Source: Proteromonas lacertae
Taxonomy: Eukaryota
Assembly (NCBI GenBank): GCA_002245135.1
Contig: NGBS01001205.1
Location: 1-64,000, forward strand
DNA length: 64,000 bases
Direction of reading: 5' to 3'
A program made the translations under genes and the position numbers. Position 1 is the stretch's first letter. Every line of letters starts with the position of its first letter. A model generated the notes under the pieces. It saw only the letters and a list, made by a program, of their open reading frames with translations. It was not told the DNA's origin and did no database searches. Below are positions 1-12,231 of this stretch, one piece after another.

Positions 1-825
1 TTTAGAAGATTATATATCCTCTGTTTCATTTTCAAAAGATGGAAGTTATTTATCATTTGGTACATCATCACATCAAATACAGATTTGGGATGTGAATGAA
101 CAAAAACGTATTAGAAGTTTTTCAGGTCATATTAGTCGTGTTTCGGCATTAGATTGGAATGAAGCTTTATTATCAAGTGGAAGTAGAGATGGTTTAATTA
201 TTAATCATGATACAAGGTTAGCTAATCACGATATTGCTCATTTAGAACATCATACACAAGAGATATGTGGATTAAAATGGTCAAATGATGGTTCATATTT
301 AGCATCTGGCGCAAATGATAATGCTGTTTGTATTTGAATGGAACATTAACAGGTGAACATGTTGAACCAAGAAGTGTTTATACAGAACATACGGCAGCAG
401 TGAAAGCATTAGCTTGGTCTCCATATCAACGAAATATTTTAGCATCTGGAGGAGGAACTGCTGATAGAACAATAAAACTATGGAATATAAATAATAATTC
501 GTTATTGAATAGTATTGACACCGGTTCTCAAGTTAGTGGTTTGTTATGGAATAAATATGAGAAAGAAATACTCTCCAGTCATGGATATAGTAAAAATCAA
601 TTAAGTCTTTGGAATTACCCTTCAATGAATTTAATGCAAGAATTAAAAGGTCATACAGGAAGAATATTGAATATGTGTGTATCACCAGATGGAGAAACAG
701 TTTGCACATCTTCTGTTGATGAAACATTGAGATTTTGGAAAGTGTTTGGCAATTCAAGCAAAAGTGGTAAAAATAGTAGTAATAATGGAAAATCTATAAA
801 AACCAAATCTATGTGTTTAAGATAA
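1..825 (+). CDS. CDC20: APC/C co-activator Cdc20/Fizzy WD40 protein, 5'-partial, with an apparent 1-nt frameshift near 335
   Basis: Motifs [46 protein letters not shown] and a C-terminal LR (IR-tail). ORFs 92-337 and 328-825 join if 'atttgaat' is read as 'att tgg aat'. Confidence 0.93.
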
Positions 826-1104
826 ATAATCTCTACTTTTTTACTTTATTTTTCTTTTCTTTTTTTATGTTATTTTAATTATTTTAAAGTATTTGTTTTT
901 TAGAGTATTAAATAATACAGAAGATGATTAAATTAAAAGATTTAAATTTATTTTGATCAAGCATAGCTTGATTATATTTTGTAACGATTATTTTCTTCTT
1001 TCTTTTCTTTCTTATCTAAACGATATAATACGGAAAAGAATAGTTCTGTTATATTTTATTATATTTTTTCTTACAGAATCTGATATTTAATACATAAATT
1101 GTAA

Positions 1105-3286
1105 ATGCAAACACCTTCAAGTCTCCCAAGCTTAGAAGACAATACATTATTTCCTAAATCTTTATTAATAGCATCTACAGAAACATCAATAGTGGATTTA
1201 ATATGTGAGTTTGTTTTAGTATTATGAGTTTTATCTATTATATTTTAATATATAGGATAAAGGAATTGAAATTGTAACAAAAGGAAGTACAAATGAATGT
1301 ATTCAGAAATTAGCAACAGGAAACACAGCAGAAGTGTTTATTATTGATTTAGAACATGCTGGAATGCCAGGTATTTGTTTATTATATTATATAAAAATAG
1401 CAGCAAATGCTTTGAAAGCGTTTACTAGAATAAAACAGCGTTTGCAAAAAACGTATTTTCTAAATTCAATATATTATTGTAATATAGTTTAAAATGTCCA
1501 AGAGTGTTGTTATTATGTGAGCCTAATAATATTAAAACAGTTATAGAATGTCAAAAATTTTGGTGTAACTGATGTATATATTGCTCCATACACTAAAGAT
1601 CAGTTTTTAGCAAGATTAGCCGTATATATTCAATTATTATAGTTATTGCAGATAATGTATTCAATGAAAGCACAACCAGCTAATGAAATGCTCATTCAAA
1701 TGCCAACAATAATAGAAATAATATGAATATTATACCTCCTTCAACAGACATTTCATCTTCAGACACATCACCTTTAAAACATCAACAAGATTCAAGTAAT
1801 GATAGTTGTTGTTGTGATAAAAATGCTTTAATAAAACCACAAGGAATTGATGATTATAAAAATGAAATAACAAATTTAACAAAGAAAATAGATACACTGT
1901 TATGGAAATATTTAAGACCATATAAATTCAGTACAATTCCTCCAATATCTAAAGTGAAGGAAACTGATGATCATATTGGAATATATGATTTAGATATTGT
2001 ATTAGGAAAAGGAGGTTTTGGTACTGTTAGATTAGGAAGAAATACGGAAACTGGACAGAAAGTGGCAATAAAACAATTATCAAAAGAAAAGTTACACAAT
2101 ATTGAAGATTTAGAAGCAATTGAAGCTGAGATTAAATTAATGACAATATTAACACATCAAAATATAGTAAGATTATTAGGGGTTGAACATACACAGAACT
2201 TCATTTATATTGTGTTAGAACATCTAGGAGGTGGAGATTTGAGACATTTTCTCTGTAATGCAGGTAGTGAGTTGAGAGAAGATATGATAAAGAAAATATT
2301 TTTTCAAATAGCCAGTGCTATTGATTATTGTCATACAAGAGCAATTGCTCATAGAGATCTAAAGCCGTATAATTATTATAGTCAGTTATAACCAATATGT
2401 TTTAATAGTGAGAATATACTATTTGATGATGATGGAAATGCTAAACTGACTGATTTTGGTTTGTCAATAAAAACAACACCAGGACAATTACTAAAACAAT
2501 ATTGTGGATCACCAGGTTATATTGCTCCAGAAGTATTATATTCTTTAAATATTTTTATTTATATAATAGATCTTAGCAGGTGAAGCATATGATGGTTGTA
2601 CTGCAGATATTTACAGTTTAGGTATTATTCTAATGGATTTAGTTATTGGGCCAGATAATGATATGAGATTACCCGAAGGAAAAGATCAATCAGCATATGA
2701 TGCGTATAATATATATATATTAATATTTCATTAGAAGATCAAAGAAATTGAATGATGCATTACAAAGACCAGAATTCCAAAGATATTCACCAGCTTTATT
2801 AGTATAATTTGATCTATTTATTTCAATTAGGATTTATTATCACGAATGGTGTGTATTGATAAAAGACAAAGAATATCAGCAACTCATATATTGAAACATC
2901 CATTTCTTAATGGTGTTGCTGGTTCTATTAATTCAGGAAATGGTAAAATGATAGATAAACGATTGGCTAGTTTAGCTCCATCTCCATTAAAAACTATAAA
3001 AAGTTACAATAGAAATTCAAGAGCATTAGTCTCACCAGTAAATGCACCAACACCTAGTGGAGGTAGAAAACGTAGTTTTGTTAGAGATACAGGTAGTAAT
3101 GCCAGTCCAATGACACCTGGAGGAGGAAATACAAAACATGTATGGATTTAAGTAATTAACTATCATATAGGCTGAGATTCAGTTTGATGCTAGCTTAACA
3201 ACAGGTCATTTATTACCTCAATTGAATATTATATCAAAGTATTTTAACTTGTTATATTTTTATGATTAATTAGACCGCCAAAGTGA
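1105..3286 (+). CDS. Multi-exon CAMK/AMPK-like Ser/Thr kinase with an N-terminal receiver-like (REC) domain
   Basis: Kinase motifs LGKGGFGTV, VAIK, HRDLKP|ENIL, DFG, CGSPGYIAPE split by short GT-AG introns. Upstream exons read VFIIDLEHAGMP...CPRVLLLCE...(G)VTDVYIAPYTKDQFLARL. The ends are approximate. Confidence 0.85.
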
Positions 3287-3400
3287 TTTCTGTTATATTT
3301 CTTTTATTAGTATTTGTAATGTATTTTAATAGTTATTATATTATGTTTATTTACAAAATTAAGAATACATTATATATTTAACAAAATGATTGAATTTAAT

Positions 3401-5439
3401 CTATTTACATTTTGAATTATTATGTTTTACTCGTGAAGGTCTCATTGGATATCTCATTGCATCTTTATTTTCACAAACTACTGGACTATACCTTCCAATT
3501 CCACTAAATACTTCATCTCCGATATTGTGTTTTGGCACAACAATGGGACTGATTGATCTGATTGTACTGACTGGTTTTCTATTTCTATATTTTATTACAG
3601 CTGGTGGAGGTAATCCACTTCCTGTATTTGGAGCTTTTGGAGGAGGGAAAACAATTGGAACAACTGCTTGTTTTAATACAGCTATTAAACTTATAAAAAT
3701 GATCAAATACATACTCCTTTTAGGTGATACTTCTTTTGGAGGATCAGGTGGAAAGTATTCTCTATAATCTACATCATTTTTTAATCTTGACTTAATATGC
3801 TCTTGAAGACCAGATAATGATCCATAAGAACTTGTATTAATTCTACTCCACGGATTTTCATCTCTTATATCCTATAATAATTATTAAATATTCCTAATTA
3901 TACCAACATAGCTATTGCTGATGCTTTTCCCATCTCTCTCCATATTGCTGGTGTATATTTTACTAATTGTGGATTTAATCTTGGTGGAGTTGCACATTCT
4001 GAACCATCTCCTGATGCAGCAGTTGTTGGATGTATTCTTAATCCATCGTTATAATTACTTTCTAATGTATAACAATGAATACAATTGAATGATTTATATA
4101 TAGCTACTCTTCCAGATCCTTCTTTTGTTTTTCCTTTATCTTTCTTGTCTTTCGATTTCATTCCTTTTACTGAAAATACACATTGATTTAAATCAAAATA
4201 AGGAGTATTAAGTGATACGAAGTAAGGTTATATTATAAATTAAAGAATATTCATTATAATAAATTACTATTCTTATAAAAAGATATAAATAAAAGATTGT
4301 CAATTTGTTCTTCAAGAGTTGTACAATGATTTCCATATGTGAATATTGCTCTTTTAGATGCATGCGCATGATAATCCAAATATAAATATAAATTACCTTT
4401 ATTTGAGTGATATTCTAATAACTTCTTAATTGCATATATTGCTGGTTGTTTTTCTAAATTTGGTTCATCATAGAATCTATTCAAATTTTCACCATATATA
4501 TCAGTTCTGTAATACCCTCTGGCAACACCGTCAGGATTAATTACTGGAACTATATTAAACACGTATATATTTCTTAATCTCTCTGCTCTTTTATCTTTAC
4601 TCATTATAAAATTAAGAAATCCTTCCATCATATATGAACCAGGAGTTTCTCCTGGATGAACTCTTGCACTGACAAATACTACAGGCTTTCCAGGATATCT
4701 CATTGGTCTATGAGACATACCTTCTGGAAATAAATCATCAATTATTTCTTCTTGATCTACAATCTTATCATGACTTGAAGATATCTATAAATATACTCAA
4801 TAATAAATGAAATACAGTTAATAAATCAATTCTCCTCCTTTCTGGTGTATATATTAATAACTCACGATTATAATACATATCCATTGAAGAATAATCACCA
4901 CTATAGTGTCTAAAATCGCAATTATTCATATATGCTACAATAGTTTCATAAGAATAAGGATAACAAAATGCAAAAAACACAGTAACTGTTGAACTTTCAA
5001 ACATATAATTCCAACTTATTGAAAATGTGTTTTCTTCTTTATTGTGTATTACAGGACTATAATATTAATGTTATAGAAATGACATACCCAGATCTTTTCC
5101 AATCAATATCTGTAGGAACTGTTTTTTGAATAACACGATAATCATTTGAGTATAAAGGGGATTGCTTATTCAAATTTACAACCTTCAGTGTTATTACTTG
5201 ATCAATTTCTCCTCCTGTTACACTGAAATAAAACCAAGAAGACATACTATTTACTAAATATAACTATTATACTTTGTAATAATCCCAAATTCCCATCCAT
5301 CAGAATTAATCCATAATTCATACTCTCCTTTATCATTCTATTCACATTAATTTGTTGAATTAAATACATTTTTAACTTTCATCAGATTTCCAGAATCAAA
5401 ATCTGAGTTAAATGTTAAATTATCTATAATTTCCCTCAT
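3401..5439 (-). CDS. Cytosolic carboxypeptidase (M14 tubulin deglutamylase, CCP5/AGBL5-like), multi-exon
   Basis: FNSDFDSGNL, WFYFSV, FAFCYPYSY, SARVHPGETPGS, NPDGVARG, NLNRFY, YLDYHAH, EGSGRVA, YTLESNYN; ATG at 5439. Confidence 0.9.
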
Positions 5440-5660
5440 TTGTTATTAAGACATAAAAAATTCAAAAACAAAACCTCAAGCCAAGTTTCTATTTATATAA
5501 AATATCATTTATTTCATCAATGAAAACATGAAATAGCAATAAAACAAATATAAATTATATACTAAATAAAAATCACACAATCAAATAATTGAAGAAGATA
5601 AAGGATATATATTTCAAATCTTCGTGATAATTGGGTTAATTTTATAGAAAACGAATAGAT

Positions 5661-6369
5661 ATGAGTAACTACTTTATTAATAATGAAAATCCATATGATA
5701 TACAAACGAAGTTGTTGATGATTGGTGATAGTGGTAAAAAATATCATATTTATATTGTATTAGGAGTTGGAAAAACATCTATGCTACTTCGATATACAAA
5801 TAATATGTTTTCAGATACATTTATAACAACAATTGGAATTGATTTTAAAACTAAGTTTCTCACAATGGATCATAAGCGTGTTAAATTACAAGTAAGTGTT
5901 TAATATTCTTCATGTATAAAAGATATGGGATACAGCTGGTCAGGAAAGGTTTAGAACAATAACAGTCGCTTATTTTCGTGGTGCTCAAGGTGTGATGTTG
6001 ATATATGATGTTACAAATAGAGAATCGTTTAATAATATCAATAGATGGATGAAAGATATCTCAAAATATGGAGATGCAAGTGTTATAAAAATGTTAATTG
6101 CTAACAAGTCAGATTCAAGTGATAGAGTATATATTCTATTAATATTCATTCAATAGATTGTAACAACTTTGGAAGGTGAACAATTGGCTGATCAATATGG
6201 AATTAAATTCTATGAAACTTCTGCATTTAATGGTCAAAACATAGAAATTGCATTTTATGATTTAGGAAAAGAATGTGTTAATAAGATTCAAGAGAATCAA
6301 AGAATTGCAAAGTTATTATCAATTAATGTTGATTCAAAAGAAGCTAAAAAGAAAAAATTGTGTTGTTAA
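5661..6369 (+). CDS. Rab GTPase (Rab8/Sec4-like), with introns
   Basis: GDSG|VGKT, FITTIGIDFK, WDTAGQERFRTIT, NKSD, ETSA and C-terminal CC prenylation motif. Confidence 0.92.
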
Positions 6370-6485
6370 CTTAAATAGTAATTTAATTTATATAAAAATT
6401 ATGTTGTGAATTTAATAATAAAGAAAGAAAATTAAAAAAATAAAACTGTGTGAAACGAATCTATTTTTGTCATTACAAAAAAATA

Positions 6486-8385
6486 ATGAAGCATAAAAGA
6501 AGCAAACCGAAGAAGAAATCAGTCAAATCAAAAGCAATAAACATTGGTAGTAAAAGAAAGCTAGATAGATTTGGTAAAATACTTCAAAAAGGAAGAACAG
6601 GATCATCAGCTCAGTTTATTACAAGAGGACAAGCTTTAAAAAGATTGCAAATCAGTTTAAAGGACTTTAGGTATATTTAATTATTCTTATATTTAAGGCG
6701 ATTGTGTATTTTGAAAGGAATTTACCCAAGAGATCCAAAGCATAAGAGCAGTGGACATGATAAAACATATTATCACGTAAAAGATATTCTATATTGCTCA
6801 CATGAACCAATTTTAGAAAAATTCAGAGAAATTAAGACATTTATGAAGAAGGTATATAATAAAATACTCTAATACATTTCAATAGGTTAAAAAATCATCA
6901 TATAAAAAGGATGTAGATGGCGCTAGAAGATTATATGATGATATTCCTCAATATGATATAGATCATTTAATAAAAGAAAGATATCCTACTTTTATTGATG
7001 CATTAAAGGATTTGGATGATGCTTTGTCAATGATTTTCCTTTTTTCTCGTTTACCAAGTATCAGAGCTGTAAAATCTGAAGTAATTATAATGTGTCAAAG
7101 ATTATCAAAAGAATGGGATTTATATTGTAGTTTATCTCATACACTAAGAAAAGTGTTTGTAAGTATAAAAGGCATATATTATCAGAGTGAAATACAAGGT
7201 GAGAAAATAACATGGATTGTTCCATATGAATTTACTCCATTCATACCAAGTGATGTAGATTTCAATGTAATGAAGACTTTTTTAGAGTTTTATACAATTC
7301 TAATGCAATTTATATTGTTTAAGTTATACAACGACTCTGGTTATAAATATCCACCACAAATAGATGAAGAATTAGATAAATCAGGGGTTAATTTAGATTC
7401 AATTAAAATAGAGAATAAGAATAAAACTACAAAACTATCTGTAGAAAAAGAAAAGGAAGTAAATAACAGTAAAGTTAATGAAAAAATGAGGAATTTACTT
7501 ATAAAAATCAAAGAAATTGAAGAGAAAGATGATGATGATGATGATGAGAATAAAGACGAAGATGATAATGTAATTGAATTAGATGAAGAATTTAAAGACA
7601 GTGAAGAAGCAAAACAATTGATTGAAAAGCATAATCAAAATGAATTATTAATCAATCTATTCAAAGGATTGAAATTTTTCTTATCTCGAGAAGTTCCAAT
7701 TAAATCATTAGAATTTATAATAAAGTGTTTCAATGGTGAAGTTGGTTATGAAAATCCAAAATCTCCATTTAAAGAGAATGATTTAACAATTACTCATCAA
7801 ATAGTAGATCGTCCAATAACAAATAATAAATATCCAAATCGAGAATATATTCAACCACAATGGGTATATGATTCAATTAATTCAAAGATGTTATTGCCAA
7901 TTGAAAAGTATGTAGAAGGATCAATCTTACCACCTCATTTATCACCATTTGTTGATGATTCTAAAGAAGGATATATTCCTGATTATAGAATGGAATTAGA
8001 TAAGCTGAAATCAGTTAAAGAAGTAATTACAAATGAGATAGAGAATAAGAAATCTGGTAATATTGATGATGAAAGTTCAAGTGAGGAAGAAATTGAATTT
8101 AGCAATGAATTGGAGGATGAACAGATGAATAAAGATAAAAAAGAATTACCATCTGAGAATGTGAAAGTGGAAAAGAAGAAGAAAGAAAAGCAAGTTGAAA
8201 AAGCAATAAAAAGAAAGAAAAATCAACAAGAATTAGAAGAAGAAACAAAACAATTGAAACAGATAATGATGCCTAAACAAGCAAGAAGATTACATTCAAG
8301 AATAACATATGGATTGAATAAGAAGAAGGAAGAGATTGATAAATTGAAAGAAAAGAAGATGAAGAATAAAAAGGTTAAAATATAA
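6486..8385 (+). CDS. PES1: Pescadillo/Nop7 ribosome biogenesis protein (BRCT domain)
   Basis: [71 protein letters not shown]; two short introns. Confidence 0.95.
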
Positions 8386-8565
8386 TTAGTAGTCTTTATT
8401 TCTAGTTTTTTCTTTTCTTCATCATCTAATATATTACAATAAATAATAAAGATTCAAAAATTATAATTGTCAAATCTGAGTTAAAATAAAAATAAAAAAG
8501 ACAGGAGTTGTTCTTTTCTTGTTTTGAGTATTATATTCATTACAATAATTATTTTTATATTCTAA

Positions 8566-8621
8566 GGCAATGGTCCAAATTTAGAGCATTAGCTCAAAAA
8601 CTCTAAATTTGGACCATTGTC
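8566..8621. mobile_element. Minimal PIF/Harbinger (Tourist-like) MITE, 56 bp
   Basis: 21-bp inverted repeats GGCAATGGTCCAAATTTAGAG / CTCTAAATTTGGACCATTGTC (1 mismatch), flanked by TAA on both sides. Confidence 0.7.
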
Positions 8622-8969
8622 TAAATCTTAAAAAATAAAGATTTACTTAGTCAAACCATCAAGCTTGATATTTTTTCTTTTATTTTTTTTATTCTATAAT
8701 TAATTTAATATATGTTAATAATATGTTATTGTGAGTCATCATTGAGAAATACATCAAAATATAGTAATATAAAAAGCTCATCAACCAACGGTCAAATTTG
8801 ATATTTGAAAGATGATGTATAAGGCTTTAATTTTGTATTTATGGTTAGATAACATGCTTGTTAACTCATGTTCAATAGGAGGTCAACTAATAATTAGTAT
8901 AAAGAAGGTAAAGGTCAAGCTAAAGATATAGGTTTTGACCTATAGGTAAACCTGTCACGCGCGATAAAG

Positions 8970-9058
8970 AAATTTGCTCGGTAAAGGAAGTAATAAGTTC
9001 CCATTAAAGTGAATATGTTAATACATATTAAGAAGGCCGAGTGAAAATAAATGCAACA
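8970..9058 (+). repeat. ~90 bp dispersed repeat, second copy at ~32380-32468
   Basis: AAATTTGC(T/G)CGGTAAAGGAAGTAATAAGTT...AAGAAGGCCGAGTGAAAATAAAT occurs at both places in the same orientation. Confidence 0.8.
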
Positions 9059-9074
9059 TATGCACTTACTTTTA

Positions 9075-10085
9075 AAACAAACTAATATCATTTTTTTCTT
9101 AGTTATAAAGAGTTATTAACAAATATATAGTTAGTTTGTCATGTGACCTACATCTGTAATATACTTTTTTATGAACTTCATTATTATCAATATTAAACTT
9201 ATTTAATTATTTTTTCTATTTTAATATATTAGTTGTTGTTCCCCGTATGGCGGAAATCCCCGTATGGCGGAACTCTATATTCCAGAATGATTCAATCAAA
9301 ACTAATATGATATTCATGATGTTCGGAGTTAGTTATTAACAAATATATAGTTAGTTTGTCATATGACCTACATCTGTGATATACTTATTTATGAACTTCA
9401 TTGTTCTCAATATTAAACTAATTTTTGTATATTTTCTATTTTAATGTATCAGGCACTACTACAGTCTAAAATACATTATCTGATATGAATAGAATTCACT
9501 ATTTTTAATGTTAAGGTGGTTAAAAAAGAAAAAAGAAAAAATAAGTTCAAGCCTCACTCAAGCCTGCTCATAAATTTCCTTTTTTATTACCTTAACATTA
9601 AAAATAGTGTATTCTATTCATATCAGATAATGTATTTTAGACTGTAGTAGTGCCTGATACATTAAAATAGAAAATATACAAAAATTAGTTTATTATTGAT
9701 AATAATGAAGTTCATAAATAAGTATATCACAGATGTAGGTCATATGACAAACTAACTATATATTTGTTAATAACTAACTCCGAACATCATGAATATCATA
9801 TTAGTTTTGATTGAATCATTCTGCAATATAGATTTCCGCCATACGGGGAACAACATTAGTGACTACTACAGTCTAAAATACATTATTTGATATGGAATAG
9901 AATTCACTATTTGTAATGTTAAATAAAAAAAAAGAAAAAATAAGTTCAAGCCTCACTCAAGCCTGATCTTTTATTTCCTTTTTTATTTAACATTAAAAAT
10001 AATGTATTCTATTCATATCAGATAATGTATTTCAGACTGTATTAGTGACTGATACATTATAATAGAAAATCACAAAAATTAGTTT
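9075..10085. mobile_element. Degenerate family-A-like fold-back element, host of the 9234-9855 insertion
   Basis: Family-A internal sequence is interrupted at TTAGT and resumes after 9860; own TCAAGCCTCACTCAAGCC centre at ~9947. Confidence 0.7.
9234..9855. mobile_element. Fold-back element family A, copy 1 (non-autonomous)
   Basis: Starts TGTTGTTCCCCGTATGGCGGAA, ends CCGCCATACGGGGAACAACA. Arms are inverted over ~270 bp; TSD TTAGT at 9229-9233 and 9856-9860. Confidence 0.9.
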
Positions 10086-10380
10086 GTTGTGCTCAGCTAA
10101 ATGCGCCCTTGAGTGTTAAGAAGACTTTTTTCAATTCTATTATCATAAACGTAACCTCTGGCCCTTCAATATTACTAATCAACACTTTGTTTTCCATAAT
10201 AGTTACGTTGGCCTAATATCATATAGTCGTGTTTAGGTTCTTGTACTGGAAACACTTGTTGTTCCCCGTTGAGTACAACTCCCAGTTGAGCGATTAGAAA
10301 CTTTAGAAACAAACTAATTACATAATGTTATTACTCATAATGAGTTATGAAGGGATATAATGTTACCTTATCATATAAGC

Positions 10381-10892
10381 TGTTGTGCGCCGTTTGTCAT
10401 AGTTGGCCGTTTGTCTACCAGACACTTTTAAAACAAACTAAATTTATATTCTTGCTTGTCTTGATGAAATATTGTTATTTTTATACTTACTTTGTTATAT
10501 GACCTACCTCTGCAGTATACTGCTTTGTTAATATAAATAGTTTGAATATTTGCGCCATTTGTTTTCTAGAAATTTTTGAAGCAAACTAAATGCATATTTA
10601 GCTAATATAGACTAAAATACATTAGCTGAAATGATTAGTACAACTTAATGTTGATCCTAAGACATTTAAAATGAAAAAAAGAAAATATAGAATCAAGCCT
10701 CACTCAAGCCTATTTAATATAAATATTCAAACTATTTATATTAACAAAAAAGTATACTGCAGAGGTAAGGTCATATAACAAAGTAAGTATAAAAGTAAGA
10801 ATTTTTCAACAAGACTAGCATGAATATACATTTAGTTTGTTTTAAAAGTGTCTGGTAGACAAACGGCCAACTATGACAAATGGAGCACAACA
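10381..10892. mobile_element. Fold-back element family B
   Basis: TGTTGTGCGCCGTTTGTCATAGTTGGCCGTTTGTCTACCAGACAC with its inverse ending CACAACA; central TCAAGCCTCACTCAAGCC; no clean TSD. Confidence 0.85.
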
Positions 10893-10925
10893 AAGGTTTT
10901 AAAATGAATAGAATATAATAACTTT

Positions 10926-12151
10926 TGTTGTACGTCGTTGGGAGATAAAAGGGTTTTATTAAAAACTAATTCGACAGTAGAGGGTTTGGTAGTGAGTTAT
11001 AATCAAATATAATCTTACTTTGGCATATAAGCTACATCTGCGATATATTTTTTTTAATCTTCCGCCTTGTATATATGAAACGCATTTTACTTCATTCAAT
11101 ATTTTTTGTTTCAATCGTTACTACAGACAGAAATACATAAGCTGAGATGAATAAGATATGAAAATATTGATGTTAAGGAAATTAAAAATGGAAAAATAAA
11201 AATCGAGTTCAAGCCTCTTTCAAGCCTACTTTTTCAATTTCAATATTATGTATAAAGAATTTAAAATTATTATATTCTATTCATCTAAAAACTTTAATTT
11301 CGTTTTCTGCTATTGCTATTGACGTTTAATATGAAGTATAAATATACAATGTTGGATATATAACTGATTAACCACAACTATACGATATACAGCCAACGTA
11401 ACTTTTTTGAAAAACTAAGTGTATATCTGTAGTATTTAGGGGCTCATGGTTACGTATATAACTTCAACGTAATCTAAAACCCTTTTATCTCCCAACGGCG
11501 CAAATCTCCCAACAGCGTACAACTGTTGTTCCCCGTATGGCGGAACTCTATATTCCAGAATGATTCAATCAAAACTAATATGATATTCATGATGTTAGGA
11601 GTTAGTTATTAACAAATATATAGTTAGTTTGTCATATGACCTACATCTGTGATATACTTTTTTATGAACTTCATTATTCTCAATATTAAACTAATTTTTG
11701 TATATTTTCTATTTTAATGTATCATTGACTACTACAGTCTAAAATACATTATCTGATATAAATAGAATACATTATTTTTTATGTTAAAGTACAGAAAACA
11801 GAAAAAAGAAAAAATATATTCAAGCCTCTCTCAAGCCAGTTGTTAAATTCTATTTTTACTGCCTTAACATTAAAATTATTGTATTCTTTTCATATCAAAT
11901 AATGTATTTTAGACTGTAGTAGTCAATGATACATTAAAATAGAAAATATACAAAAATTAGTTTAATATTGAGAACAATGAAGTTCATAAATAAGTATATC
12001 ACAGATGTAGGTCATATGACAAACTAACTATATATTTGTTAATAACTAACTCCGAACATCATGAATATCATATTAGTTTTGATTGAATCATTCTGGAATA
12101 TAGAGTTCCGCCATACGGGGATTTCCGCCATACGGGGAACAACATACAACA
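10926..12151. mobile_element. Fold-back element family C, with family A copy 2 inserted in its right terminus
   Basis: TGTTGTACGTCGTTGGGAGAT ... CTCCCAACAGCGTACAAC[A insertion]A; TSD ACTTT at 10921-10925 and 12152-12156. An uninterrupted homolog of the target lies at ~45810-45890. Confidence 0.85.
11524..12144. mobile_element. Fold-back element family A, copy 2
   Basis: TGTTGTTCCCC...GGGGAACAACA; 6-bp TSD TACAAC at 11518-11523 and 12145-12150. Confidence 0.9.
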
Positions 12152-12231
12152 ACTTTAATTTCTTTATACTTAATATTAAAATTGAAAAAGTAGGCTTGAA
12201 AGAGGCTTGAACTTTATATTGTAGAACGATA

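Noticed and set aside
328..340. Frameshifts in CDC20 (also kinase ~1560; LIS1 ~60393, 60648, 60785, 60922; AT3 ~53290) as programmed frameshifting or pseudogenes
   Set aside because: All are single-base changes in short homopolymer runs of otherwise conserved genes, most simply explained as long-read consensus errors.
3390..3767. Antisense or alternate-frame ORFs (3390, 12898, 14939, 21561, 23107, 29907, 39248, 49617, 55564, 57105 and others)
   Set aside because: Shadows of real genes with no motifs.
9234..12151. LTR retrotransposon (TGTTG..CAACA ends, 5-bp TSD) or CRISPR array
   Set aside because: The elements are long inverted repeats with no gag/pol or PBS/PPT seen, and there is no regular repeat-spacer period or cas gene.
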